DNA of 63,976 bases, filler included, from Dimargaris cristalligena (taxonomy: Eukaryota), in assembly GCA_003614675.1 (NCBI GenBank). It is 3 parts of 3 records of this genome, joined end to end, with 100 filler letters (N's around TTAATTAATTAA, not from the genome) between each part and the next. Parts side by side here need not be neighbours in the genome. Positions count along the whole stretch, not along the records: positions 46,714 to 63,976 come from ML002811.1; 2 more parts are not named here. One strand, given 5' to 3'. This document shows positions 49,097-61,404 of this stretch, piece after piece (the first letter of the stretch is position 1; each line of letters starts with the position of its first letter). The notes beneath the pieces are model-generated. The model had not been told where the DNA came from and did no database searches. It saw only the letters and a program-made list of their open reading frames with translations. A program made the position numbers and the translations under genes.

Positions 49097-50323
49097 ATGG
49101 CTCTTCGTCTCTCCCGCACTTTGTTCAGCCAGCGGCTGGCCCGCCGGGCCTTTTCGACCACCCGGCCGTCCCACATTGACCTGTCCCTAAGTGAGGAACA
49201 ACGCTCCATTCAGGACCTCGCCCGCAAGTTCGCCGCTGATGAAATCATCCCCAAGGCCGCCCACCATGACCGGACCGGTGAGTACCCCGTCGAAATCCTC
49301 AAGAAGGCCTGGGAGGTCGGTCTGCTCAACACCCACATTCCCCAGGAATACGGCGGTCTGGGTCTGGGCATTTTCGACAGTTCTCTCGTGACCGAAGAGC
49401 TGGCCTACGGCTGCAGTGGCATCCAGACCGCAATGGAGGCCAACAATCTGGCCGAGGCCCCCGTGGTCCTGGCCGGTAGCGAGGCCCAGAAGAAAAAGTA
49501 CCTGGGCCGTATGACTGAAGAGCCCCTAATGGCCGCCTACTGCGTGACCGAGCCCGGGGCTGGTTCCGACGTGGCCGGGCTACAGACCCGCGCCGAGAAG
49601 AAGGGCGACAAGTGGGTCATCAACGGCCAGAAAATGTGGATCACCAACGGTGGCAAGGCCAACTGGTACTTCCTGTTGGCCCGCACCGACGCCCAAGCCA
49701 GCACCGGTAATGCTTTCACTGGCTTTATCATCGATGCCGACTCCCCCGGCATTTCTGTGGGGCGCAAGGAAATCAACATGGGTCAGCGGGCCAGTGATAC
49801 CCGCGGCATTACTTTTGATAACGTCGAAGTCCCCGAGGAGAACGTCCTGGGGCAGCCCGGCAAGGGCTTCAAGATTGCGATGGGCGCCTTTGACGTGACC
49901 CGTCCCCTAGTGGCCTCCGGCGCCGTCGGTTTGGCCCGTCGCGCCATGGATGAGGCCACCAAGTACTCACTGGAGCGTAAGACCATGGGCCAGCCCATCT
50001 TTAATCATCAGGCGGTCAGTTTCATGATCGCCGACATGGCCATTGGTATTGAGGCTGCCCGTATGATGGTCTGGCGGTGCGCTTGGTTGGGTGACCAAGG
50101 CCAGCGTAACACCTACTACGCCAGTATTGCCAAGGCCCTGGCCTCCGAGGTGGCCAACAAGTCCGCTGCCGACGCTGTCCAAATCTTTGGCGGCAATGGT
50201 TTCAATACGGAGTACCCCGTCGAGAAACTCATGCGAGATGCCAAGATCTTCCAAATCTATGAAGGAACTAGCCAGATCCAGCGTTTGGTTATTAGCCGCA
50301 GCGTCGCCAACCAGTTTAGCTAA
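49097..50323 (+). CDS. ACADM: Medium-chain acyl-CoA dehydrogenase, mitochondrial, intronless
   Basis: Presequence [21 protein letters not shown], then [63 protein letters not shown] (MCAD-type catalytic Glu). Confidence 0.95.
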   Translation: MALRLSRTLFSQRLARRAFSTTRPSHIDLSLSEEQRSIQDLARKFAADEIIPKAAHHDRTGEYPVEILKKAWEVGLLNTHIPQEYGGLGLGIFDSSLVTEELAYGCSGIQTAMEANNLAEAPVVLAGSEAQKKKYLGRMTEEPLMAAYCVTEPGAGSDVAGLQTRAEKKGDKWVINGQKMWITNGGKANWYFLLARTDAQASTGNAFTGFIIDADSPGISVGRKEINMGQRASDTRGITFDNVEVPEENVLGQPGKGFKIAMGAFDVTRPLVASGAVGLARRAMDEATKYSLERKTMGQPIFNHQAVSFMIADMAIGIEAARMMVWRCAWLGDQGQRNTYYASIAKALASEVANKSAADAVQIFGGNGFNTEYPVEKLMRDAKIFQIYEGTSQIQRLVISRSVANQFS

Positions 50324-51155
50324 ACCGTCTGAATTGCCATGCATTTGATATAGAAATTGGAGCAAGGAGGGGGGTTTATATATACAGAGACCGCGCGCTA
50401 CGGTGTTTTATATATATATATATATATAATATTTAAAATGTAATAGATATTTATCATAATTGCTCGCTTCATGAAGTTACTATAGCCTGTAAGTAAGGTG
50501 CGTGATGGTACGTTTCATTAAGGTCGACTGGGCATCGTTATAAAAAGCCCAAGGCGAGCTTGGCCCGATAAAATGGGAGAGGGAAGGAAGGGGGAATTGG
50601 CGAATAGCCTTAAGATAGTATGTAGTCTGTTAAGTGTGTGGGATGCCACCGGTTAGCCATCCATAAGCCCGAGGAATTGCCGCCCAAGGTGGGGTAAGTT
50701 GATACCCTTAGCTAACCAACCAAACCACACGTGTATGTATCTCCCCCCCACTTTCCCTTTTGCTAGCTCTGGTTCAATCGGCAGAATCCCTTGACTCGCT
50801 ACTTGAATTACTGCCATGGCCCTTACATTAATATCCCTTGTGCCGGCCTCTCTTTATCTGTGGTCACCCAAAGGGGAGGAAGTACCATTAGTTAGCTACA
50901 CAGAAGTTGCGCCCTGAACCTAATTCGCCACCCAAATATACTAAGAAGCAAGCTGTATCATACAGGACGTGGTTTTATTGACACATCAATGTACCCAATG
51001 AAAATTGGCCTAGTATAGGAAAACCATAGAATACCAAAAGGGCGTGGTGAACGAGTCCCAAAATAATTTAACGCACTGGTAAACCGGCACCAAATATACT
51101 TATTTACATACCACACTCAATAAAACCGCAAGGAGGGCGGAGGGAGAGAGGAAAA

Positions 51156-51593
51156 TTAACTGCCGGGCGTAGCATTTAAACGGATCATTTGCCGCCATAG
51201 AAGCGATGCCCTGGTCTTCAGGCGAGCCCACTTCTCCTTCCATTTCCCGGAAGGCAAAGCCCCCGACGGGTTTTTAGTTTTAGTCGGAGTTTTGAGTTTG
51301 CTCAATAATTTGGGCAGAAAAGCCTGTTTTTGGGCCGGGGGGTACGTACTGGGGGGTTTGGCCACACCGCCTAGTCGAGCAGCGGCATAGTTTAGGTGGT
51401 GATTGGCAGGCAAGTGGATATGTTGTGTTTTAGTTGGCATAGGAAATGGCATATGAATCCTTTTATGATACTCCCGCTTGGAAAGTTGCCGGGCATTGAG
51501 GCCGGCTTGGGGGCTGGACGACGAGGTGAGGTGGGTACAAAGCAATAGGAGCAGACCCAGTAGAAATGTGGGTCTAATATAATAGTATAGCAT
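51156..51593 (-). CDS. Small secreted, highly basic orphan protein (145 aa; signal peptide and KR sites)
   Basis: ACC-ATG start as in neighbouring genes, hydrophobic FLLGLLLLLCTHLTSS, then LSKR and a Lys/Arg/Pro-rich mature part. Confidence 0.65.
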   Translation of the reverse strand: MLYYYIRPTFLLGLLLLLCTHLTSSSSPQAGLNARQLSKREYHKRIHMPFPMPTKTQHIHLPANHHLNYAAARLGGVAKPPSTYPPAQKQAFLPKLLSKLKTPTKTKNPSGALPSGKWKEKWARLKTRASLLWRQMIRLNATPGS

Positions 51594-53508
51594 GGTTGTT
51601 TTACGTGGGTGTATGAAAGGGTATATCGGTTGGCTCGAAAGGGGACCTGCTTTACAAGCTAATGAATGCCACAAATTTGGGAAATACTATTCCAGCTGGG
51701 GAATATGGATTTAATAAAGAAGACAAATTATCAGACGGGCGATAGTAGAAAGGGCAGCCACCAATGAAAAATACTAGTGACATAACATTTTGCTAATGGA
51801 TTATAAGATTAAATGTAGGGTTAGGATACTTGAAAGAGATGGGTGCTGGCGATGGGGACATCCTTATATAATTTTAAAATAGCAGAGGGAGGGGGGCGCA
51901 ATTTTAAGCCACTTGGCCGGGGCTCGTGTGTCAGGAGAGGGCAGAAAGAAGGGAGGAGGGGGCCGTGATTCCATCGCAGTGGTCGCGGTATTCATTGTAC
52001 CGGGTTGGGCGTGTAAGCTACACTATATGAATGGGAGCCCAAAAGCAACTCTCCCATGGCATTTAACAAGTTCCATCGAAGCGAGCTGCATTCTTTGTAC
52101 CCGATAAGGCATTCTGGTTGTTCACTACGGAGGCATCTATTTTACAAGTGGGGGGGTTTTTTTCAATTGACATTGACCGCTTTCACACAGCCCCGGCGAC
52201 ATTCCTTTCCCATGTCAATTGCAAAAATTGACAGGGGTATATATATATATATATACATGTATGTCTTTCGGCACCATTCCCCTTTTGGTCGCCGGTTTCT
52301 TCATGTAGTCCGGAGTAGCGGGAATCTGACTTGGAGGAGAAGGGGATATCAAGGGTGGTGTATGGGTACTCCGGCTAGACCCCGACTAAAATATCTTGGC
52401 AATAGAGAGTAGTCCAGTCCCATTAGTCTCCACTCTCTCGTCTTGGACAAACCCCCCCAGGGTTGGCCAAGCCTTGATTATATGAAGGGGTGGAATTTCC
52501 TTTATATTCGTTTATATGGCGACATACAGTTTGTCGGCATGGGTTGGTGTAATGAAACCGCTAGCCCCAGCACCACCAAGAGGTCCACGAATAATGGGGC
52601 CGAAATGGCCGTTATTTTGGAGTACCCAGGAAGCCTGATAACATTTTGAGCCAATGTGTGTCCGCCCGGTTCACTTCCCTTAGGCAAGATGGATCTAGAA
52701 TACTCTCCCCTCCCTGTGATCGTCTGCGTCCATGGGCAAATGAAGAGCTGAGCACTCTCCCCCCTTTAACAAGTTTCTTGCATGCCCGTCTGGGCCATAT
52801 TAAAGCACCGGCGATATGCTTGCCTTGCCGCCTTGGCGAAACCAGTCCCTCTCTAGGTAGAGAACCTAAGGGTGGTGATAATTATAGGACAATAGCCACT
52901 ATCTTCTCCCTCCTACCTATTGCATGCCCATGGCTGGCCCTCGCGGCATACATAGCCAAGTCAGGGGGCTTTTTGTACAGATGTGAGTGGCAACAACGAT
53001 GGATGATGACACATTAGTGTAAGGTGACTGGCTTTTCGCACCCCGCGCTTCCATTTGCTTCTTTGGTAGTCTGTCTGTATCTGATGGAGAGGAAGGCGTG
53101 GGTGGGAAAAACAGGGGCGGGTGGGTTCTATAGAGGGGATCCAAACTGGCCAATGGGAAAAATGCCGCAACCCTCATTCACCCACATTAATAAACGCCCA
53201 CTATGGCCTGCATTCGTGCATGTTTCACCCACTCAAAGCCCTCCCACACCTATTATTATTAAGCAGTTGCGGTGACGACAGAACTTGGGAGGCAAAGCAG
53301 CCCAGCCGGCTATTATGATCCCACCCACCCCAGTTATTTAAGTACTGGTGTCGCTTCGCTCTCCCGAGTTTCCAGCTCTTTCTTAACTCCATACCTCCTC
53401 TTCCGTGTATATTTTTCCCTGGCTCCCGCAGTTCTCTCTAATCCATTCCTTCATTCAGGTAAAACAACCCACCCACCCTCCTCTACTCTCTCTCTCCCAT
53501 CCTTCACC

Positions 53509-53970
53509 ATGGTTCAAGCCGTTGCCGTTCTCCGGGGTACCACCACCGTCAGTGGTGTCGTCAAGTTCAACCAGCCCAGCGCCGACGGTCCCGTCCACGT
53601 CACCGGCGAGCTGAGCGGTCTCATTCCCGGCAAGCACGGTTTCCACATTCACCAGTTCGGTGACAACACCAACGGCTGTACCTCCGCCGGCCCCCACTTC
53701 AACCCCCACGCCCAGACCCACGGCGCTCCCCAGGACACCGTCCGCCATGTCGGCGACCTGGGCAACGTGGAGGCCAACTCCAACGGCATCGTCACCATCG
53801 ATATCAAGGATTCCGTCATCCAGCTGACCGGCCCCCACTCCATCATCGGCCGTACCGTCGTGGTCCACGCCGACGAGGACGACCTGGGCAAGGGTGGCCA
53901 CAAGCTGTCCCTCAGCACCGGTAACGCCGGCGACCGTCTGGCCTGCGGTGTGGTGGGTATCGCCGAATAA
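53509..53970 (+). CDS. SOD1: Cu/Zn superoxide dismutase, intronless, 153 aa
   Basis: [59 protein letters not shown] and [13 protein letters not shown]. All metal ligands are present. Confidence 0.98.
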   Translation: MVQAVAVLRGTTTVSGVVKFNQPSADGPVHVTGELSGLIPGKHGFHIHQFGDNTNGCTSAGPHFNPHAQTHGAPQDTVRHVGDLGNVEANSNGIVTIDIKDSVIQLTGPHSIIGRTVVVHADEDDLGKGGHKLSLSTGNAGDRLACGVVGIAE

Positions 53971-54513
53971 ATACGATCCCTATTTATGGCTTTCCCTGAT
54001 CCATCCACAGCACCAACCACTCCACCCCTCCTAAAAATGTGGGTGGGTTGGATGCGCTCCTTATTAAAACATAATCGAACGTGACCACCAACTTCTACTC
54101 TTTGTTTTGGACCAGGGCCCCCTCTTGTAACCTGAACCGTCACTTCAACTGACTATAGTAAAATTATTTTATATATCACATTAATGTATTGTTAAAACTA
54201 CTGGGTTTATTGAAAATAGAGGAGTGTGGGGATTATTGGTCTACACACGTGTGTGGGATAAGCGAAAGAAGGATTCCTCTCTCAAAAGTAGGAGGGTGGA
54301 TGGGTCAAGTGCTAAAGGGGTTTCACCAAAGACCACGGGGCAAATACTAAGCAGTGGTTAGTAGAGCGGGGGGGATTTGTACATCAATAATGTGCACAAT
54401 GCCAGATAAATACCCCTTTCCCTTCCATTCATAATCTTGAGTAGGGCGTGTGGTTGTAGTTATGAACGAGCCATTAGGGACCATGTACGACTACCACCAC
54501 ACCTCGCACTGGT

Positions 54514-55149
54514 TTACTCTTCTACTTCAGGAGTAGCCCAGATTTGGCCGGCTACGGGAATCTTGGAGAGAAGGTCCTGGCGCACAAAAGGCACCTTCTC
54601 GACGAAGTACAGAGCACCGATACCGGCGGCAGCCCCCCAGACGGTCAGGGACTTGGTGCTATGTGTTAGTAATCGTCGGCGAATTTGTTGTTGGGGGGTA
54701 GCGTGAAATAATAATGTGGCAATAGTTCGATAAATATTAGTGACATTCATGAGAAAACCCAAATGACGATTGGGATTGCTTTTCTTTAGTTATAATAACT
54801 ATTATTAATAAGGATATAACTACCCAACGGTATATACCACTGGGGTCCTGATAGCTCTATGTCCAAGTGATAATATCTTCCGGGATAGAGACAATCTGGT
54901 TCCTTGACTTGCTCCAGTCTACAGCACGCTTGGTTAGAAATTAGAAAGGTCATAATATCTGTTGGTAAAAAAAAACCAAGCCAACGCCTCATAATCCAAG
55001 CATACAGTTAGTTAGTCAGCCTGGACCAATCTGCCTCGGGCACCTAGGGGTGAGATCGAAAAGGAGTGAACATACCTAGCACGCAGAGCGTCCATGGAGA
55101 AGGGACCCAGGTGGAAGGCGGATTGAATGCGGACGCGAGGGGCGAACAT
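54514..55149 (-). CDS. QCR10: Cytochrome bc1 complex subunit 10 (Qcr10/UQCR11); exons 55149-55076, 54658-54514
   Basis: The spliced 72-aa product is MFAPRVRIQSAFHLGPFSMDALRASTKSLTVWGAAAGIGALYFVEKVPFVRQDLLSKIPVAG..., carrying the WG...P..R.D.L.KIP..G signature. Confidence 0.88.
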
Positions 55150-55878
55150 ATTGGATAAAGCAAGGTGGGGGGATTCTAGAGTAAGTGGGGAGGAGAGTGG
55201 ATTCCAACTAGGGAATAACTAATAATAATGAGAACGACAAAGTCTACAAGAATAGAATGTGATAAATAGGGTGATGAGTAGTAGTTGAATGGAATGAATC
55301 CAGGGCTATACCCTTCTTTGCACTACGTTTGGTCGGCTGGGCTGACTGGTTCCACCCCCCCCCCCCACACACACACTTCGTTATGCGTTAGCAGAGAGGG
55401 CTGTTGAAATGGTGGGGGAGTAGTAACTTATTCAGAGCTCGCCTCCATAGACGAGAAAGAGTCGTGTAAAATGTAATGCGCCAACTATTAAAAACTATGA
55501 CATGAAAACCACGTTGGGGCAAGCAGAAAAATATACCATGGGATATATTTATATATAACTAATGGGACCTAGGTCGGTAGATCACGTGACTCGAAAGGGG
55601 TTTTTACATAAATAACCTTCAACTTTACTGCCTTCCCCACAATCCATTCCCTTTTACTCAAGATTGTGAATATAAAAACCCTGCTATGGACAGAGTATAT
55701 CATCAACCTTTAAGTCGAGCCCTAAATTCTAATTCGACCACAGAGCGAAGTTATTTCAAATTACATGAGCAACATTTATTGAGTCTATTCGACGTTGACA
55801 AGCAATCAATACCGAAGTTATAAATGTCAAAACAGCCCCCTAAAAAATAAACGGTATTCATTTCAGTACACCATTGAC

Positions 55879-58800
55879 TCAAGCGTCTGTGATCTCTGGT
55901 TTCGCTTGGCCCTTCCATTCAAAATAAATGAATTCAGGGCAGGCCGGATCGGTCTTGAGTTCCACCCGCTCAGTTCTAGTCAACTGGTCCCGCAGGTCAT
56001 TAATAATTACTTGATTGGCCTGCACCGCCTTGCCGAGTCGGGTGAAATAGTCATCGAGAGAATCGCCGACACACAGGGCGTAGCATTGGTCAGCCGACGG
56101 GTGCGCATTGAAGTTGTTGGTATTAATTTGGCAGTTCGCCATATGGGACCGGGCCTTGTCGAGCAGTTGCCGGGGGTTGGCCGTGGTAAGGTACTGGGCT
56201 ACACTGATCCATTCGTTGGGACGTAGCAACGTGGGATTACGGATACCCAAGAAGACTCGGAAACGAGCACAGAAGTAGGAATCGATATCGCTTAGCCCGA
56301 AGTTCCATTTAGGGTGTTGCCCGATTTGCACCAGAGTGGCCAGTAGCTAGATAATCAGGTATCATTTAAATTCACCATTTGGGGGTATAGTAATTCAGTA
56401 ATCGGATACAGGGGTGCGTCAGTATAATGGTCAAATCAGTACAGAAAGGAACGCAACCAAGCTTAACCACAGGCTGGATCACTGGCAGCTATTGATTAAT
56501 CCATGGCCCTAGGCTCTAATGAAATCCGAGTTGCAGGAGCAGATGCACTTACCAAAAAAACTCCCCGACAGAATTCCTGCATAATCACCAAGCGCTGGCA
56601 CTTGGATTCCAACAGACGAGTCGTCTTCGCAAACATCAACGGGTTGATTCCTATAGGCAGCGTTCCACAAATAGTAGAAATACACATCATTAAAATTAAT
56701 CTCCCATTCCATACATCCACTAAGACGACTCAGTACTAGGTTTACTCTATCGGGGACTGTGGGCCAGACCTGCCTAGCGCGGTTATAATTTAAGAAACAT
56801 CAAACATCCGTTAATCAATAAGAACTTTCACTTACCGCTCAGTTTAGTGCTCTTAACAATTTTGCCGATGTCCTGGGCCACGCTTTGCAAGTGACCTATC
56901 CGAACACTCAACAAATAATCGGCCCACCTGAAACATTCCATATTATTCACAAAATAAATACATAAGTATATAATTAGGCACCCCAGCCGGGTTTACAGAA
57001 AGCGAACGGGATCCCTGGACTGGAAGTTGGTATAGAGTAATAGAAGCCATAAACTGACTAAGAAGGGGTATTGTAACTTACCAGTAAATAATGATAAGTT
57101 CGGAAGGACTGTAAATATCCAGGGTGATTCCGCTAAGGATAAAGTCTATCATAATACTCAACCGATTATCCATAGCCCAGGCGGAAAAGTAGCCGTATTC
57201 AAACGGGGTACCCTATCAAAAAAAAAAAAGCGATCAAGCACGAAAATTAGTACAATAGTATGCATTAATATACTGAACTACCAATGACCAAATAAACATG
57301 GCGACTTCACTGAAAGACTCAAAAATAACTATACACTACCTGCACCGACACCCGAACCATGGATCGGTTAATTTCGGAATTCTGCCTTTCTAATATTAAA
57401 ATCTACACGGTAGAGAGGGTATTGTCAAGTAGAGGTGAATAATATAGGTCAACCATGCTTGGCCAATGGGTTAGAGATGGAGGGTTGAAAAAACCATTGG
57501 GTAAAATTAGAGGACGAAGGAGGGGGTGGCCCCCACTCATGTCCGGATATGAATTATGACCGGCAAGGGTCAATTATACATCTGGCGATTATAATTACCT
57601 GCGAGTGAAGGTTATTCCAGTTGGCCAATAGCTTGCGTTGAAGACGTCGCTGGCGGCAGAGATTCTGGGAACGCAACTTAAGGCTCAGTAAAAATGTCTA
57701 TAGGAGTAGAAATGGGTCACAAAATATATATATATATTTTTAAAAAACTATTAGTTACAAGTCGGTGTATTCCGGCGGGACAGCCCCATATGTCAACTAC
57801 GGAGGGAAGCAATCACCAACGGTTGTTTATGAATAATTGTAATAGCATTCTAGACTTACCGGGGTGGCAAATTTAAGGAATTGGGTGGCTAGAGTTTCAG
57901 GGCGAGACGCATTGGGGTTGTCACCGGGCATCCCAATACCGTCGAACTCCACCCGAGCAGGGAAAAATTGGGTAGGCGGACAGCAAAACTCACGAACGCT
58001 GTCAGCCACTATCTGAAAATGGGTGCGATGGCCAAACAGAGTCCCGTCCCTATCTAGCATAGACTGTGAATGTCCAACAAAGGAGCCGACAAATGGTCAT
58101 TAGTGGAGTTCCGCTGTAAGGGGAGGAGACATGGAAATGCTTTCAACTAACATATCAATAATAAAATCATCATAATACCATAACAAGGTGCACATGGGTA
58201 TACATATAGTCACCCTGTATATAATCACTTACCATCAGGGCCGACCGGGCAAGCGGAAGAGGTAGATCGGGCCCGCGCTGAAAATAATCGAGGAACGACT
58301 TAATAGCCTCGGACGATGGCGGTGACCGCAAAGCAGTGATGCGACTGAGATCACGAACAATCCGGTCCATGGCCAGGGCGGCCTCGGTGGCGGTTAGCAG
58401 GGTGATTTTACGGGGAGGAGACTGGCCGATTAATTTGAGACTTTCCCGGTGATCGAACGCTAAAGCCCGGGATACACCATTAAAAGCAAGTATTGAGGGT
58501 TAGTATTCGGTAGAGGATTAGGCGGCTATTCTCGACTACTATCATAATGTCAAACCAAAAAGATAGCGGGGCGCTAATTAGACACAGAGTGTCCGATGGG
58601 GTTTATATGGAGAGGGGTACTTGCCACTATGTACCACCGAGCCCAGTTCGTATGTATTTTCAGTATTAAAATCCGAGTCTCGGCAACTGAAATATTGGTC
58701 GTTGAGAGTCTCAATCTCGTATTCGACATCAGTCGTAAATGGATAGAGTTGGAGAAGTTGTAGCAGGCGCTGTACCAAATAAGGGCAACACACGGTGATT

Positions 58801-60016
58801 AAGATGAGGGAGTATATTAGTGATTACCGAAAATCTCAACGACCGGAAAATACTGGAGGCATCGAAATCTAGCCCAATCCTACTCATTTAAGTAGAGATT
58901 ACATCACAATCGCATGCATAATACCGATGCAGTGCGGTAAAAAGGAAGCCGTGACCTACCATGCGGACTTCCAACCGGTTTTTAAGTGCGAGCAAAGTCG
59001 AGCGATCTGGGCCCTGGTCATCAGGGGAGATTAGAGACTCGGTTACTATTAGGCGAGCACGAGTAAGAAGACGGAGACACTCGGGAATACTGGCCTTCGG
59101 AGTGAGAGTCTGGCCGTAGTTGCCGTTTATAAAATCCTCGTCTTCGTACAAGTTGCCGGATCGCATTTCGTGCCACACCACGGACACACAGGTCATGGCT
59201 GCTACTAGGTGGCTGTACAGCACATAATTCCAAGCGTTGGAATCAACGTAGGCCATGATTTCCCCGGGGGTCAGCGGAATCAAGAACTTCAGATAAGGGC
59301 ACATGAGGATGGTTTGGGCCGCTGAATAACCCGACTGCCAGGTCATCTAATGAGAATAACGTATATAAAAAAAGTTCAACCGGGATATCGGAGCATACAT
59401 CAGTGTATGATTTTAGGACCTGTCCGAGTGTCATAATAAACCGCTTATGCAATGCATTATAGTGCCAACTTTAACGCCGAGAGCTGTACATTACAATGCC
59501 GGATGGACGGACGTACCTCACAAGCGGTGAACTGGTCAATGATCCACAACACCTCCTCCGGAGTGCGAGTTTCTAGGCAATCCAATGGGGGGAAATCGGG
59601 CTTATTGCAAAGAAGCAGACCCGAGTCCATTTTGGGGTCCATGATTTCCAGGGCACTCATGGAATCAAACAGATCAAAGAAAGGTGCCAGAATTAGCTTG
59701 CCCTCTTGCAATTCTGTGGTGTACGGGTTGGGTCAATAGGAAGGTACATAGTAATTGTAAATTGAATTAGAAGTTAGGTTGGCCGTTTAACCGGATATCT
59801 GCCCAGTTTGGAAGGCCATGTACTCGGCATATTAGGGGATACCGGGGCAGCTAGTTTAGCCTCGGCCTACACCCGAAGGAGGGGGGAAGTCCACAGTGGC
59901 AACTTACCATTCGTTGCCTGGTCCAACAGGGGCTTGAGGTCGGCCCATTCTTCACTGGGCTGGTTTTGCGGCGCGGCCGAGCCGTTGGCGAGAGCAACGT
60001 CGGGATCGGACTCCAT
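55879..60016 (-). CDS. MAK10: NatC auxiliary subunit Mak10/NAA35, about 12 exons (first 60016-59908, 59713-59517, 59346-58960, 58769-58625, 58459-58233, 58063-57860)
   Basis: EWADLKPLL, FDLFDSMSALEIMDPKMDSG, EMTWQSGYSAAQTI..CPY, LYEDEDF, AFDH...PPRKI, QNLCRQRR, LDIYSPSEL..IYW and RFRVF, spread over phase-compatible exons. Confidence 0.92.
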
Positions 60017-60536
60017 GGCGAATAGACTGAAAGGTGAACGAGGGCGGGGATAGAAGACAACGGCGGGGGGAATAGGCCGAGAGAGCGGAGAGCAAAGCGA
60101 CCGGCGAGGGATGTGGAGGCGAGGGAAGGGTGCTACGGAAGCGGGGAGAAGGAAGGAAGGCTAGGCTCTTTGAAGGAGGAGAAGGTGGTGGTTGTGGTGA
60201 TTAACTACAGTTCAGCCAGGCTGAGGATTGCACGGATTGTCAAATAAACAGGTGGGGAGGGGAAGGTGTACCATAGTGGGAAGGCCACATAGATAGGTCA
60301 TAGCCACCAGAGTACTACTCCTCACCAACCCTTCACTACAAGCGGGAGGAAACCCATAGAGAGTAGTCCAATAAAACCGCCACCAGAATTGGTTTACCAC
60401 CAGTTTCCCGGATCCCACTATTAACTACTTTACTTGGCGTATAACCCCACTAACTACCATCCGGTACCCTTTAAGTTCTATATACACACCACCCACCCAT
60501 ATATATATACCCATACTGTATTACGCTGGCGAGGCT

Positions 60537-61019
60537 ATGGCGTCTCCTTCCACTTCCGCCGCCCAAACCGCATTCCGGCCCCTGGGGTCCAAATTTGACC
60601 CCGCTCAGCCGCGCCCGGCCTCAAGTTACCTAACCCCAACCCTCTTGGCCGATTCCTTCCGAATGAAGAACCACTTCGCCCCGCCCAAAGCCAGCACTCC
60701 CCTGTTCGGCAGTGGGTCGCTCTCCGCCACCGTCGGCCCCACCATGGCTATGGAACCACCCACCTTTTTCCAAGTGTTCCGGGCCCAAATCGCCGTAAAC
60801 CACCGCCGTCTGTTGAGCGTACTACGGCCGGGCGAAAGACTGCCCCGTGGACAGCCCTGGTCTACCACCCGGCTACTCATGGAACTGGGCTGGGAATACA
60901 TGTTCTACCCCTATTTCCAAGGACTGGGTCTGGCGCTACTTCGCCATTGGTACGCTTACGCTCGCCACCTCCGACCGTGGCCTTGGATGCGGGAACGACT
61001 ATTGCTACGTAAGGCTTAA
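60537..61019 (+). CDS. Small putative membrane protein (weak resemblance to fungal DUF1770-like C-terminus), divergent from MAK10
   Basis: 160-aa ORF with coding-like composition. C-terminal hydrophobic/aromatic segment YMFYPYFQGLGLALLRHWY. Confidence 0.6.
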   Translation: MASPSTSAAQTAFRPLGSKFDPAQPRPASSYLTPTLLADSFRMKNHFAPPKASTPLFGSGSLSATVGPTMAMEPPTFFQVFRAQIAVNHRRLLSVLRPGERLPRGQPWSTTRLLMELGWEYMFYPYFQGLGLALLRHWYAYARHLRPWPWMRERLLLRKA

Positions 61020-61330
61020 CTTAAACGTATAGCATTACCAGTGTATTCCCACCGATTTTCAGGGGTTACCTTTTCCGGCATCTAGTGCCTGGTATTCTTC
61101 CACCCTACCATTGATTGTAACAATATAATAACAGTAATAAAAATTCCCTAGGGTTTCCGATATCTAAAAACAGCGGATTGCAACCAAATCGCTGTAGTAA
61201 CCCTTAATACACCCAGCCGAGATCTATGCAGGGGTTACAATATTTCAAAAATTATAATATGAGTGGTCACCAAAAAATACAACCCTAAGCAAAATGACGC
61301 CTAAAACCCAAAATTGATGCATAAAAGAAG

Positions 61331-61404
61331 TACCAACGGCGGGGGTCGAACCCGCAATCTTCTGATTAGAAGTCAGACGCGTTATCCAATTACGCCACGC
61401 CGGC
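61331..61404 (-). tRNA. tRNA-Arg (anticodon TCT), intronless
   Basis: Reverse complement folds as a cloverleaf: GCCGGCG/CGTTGGT acceptor stem, GCGT/ACGC D stem, TCTGA-CTTCTAA-TCAGA anticodon arm and GCGGG-TTCGACC-CCCGC T arm. A T-run terminator follows. Confidence 0.96.

Noticed and set aside
53272..53508. In-frame upstream extension of SOD1
   Set aside because: It begins at GTG in a pyrimidine-rich leader with no ATG. The canonical ACC-ATG at 53509 gives a normal SOD1.
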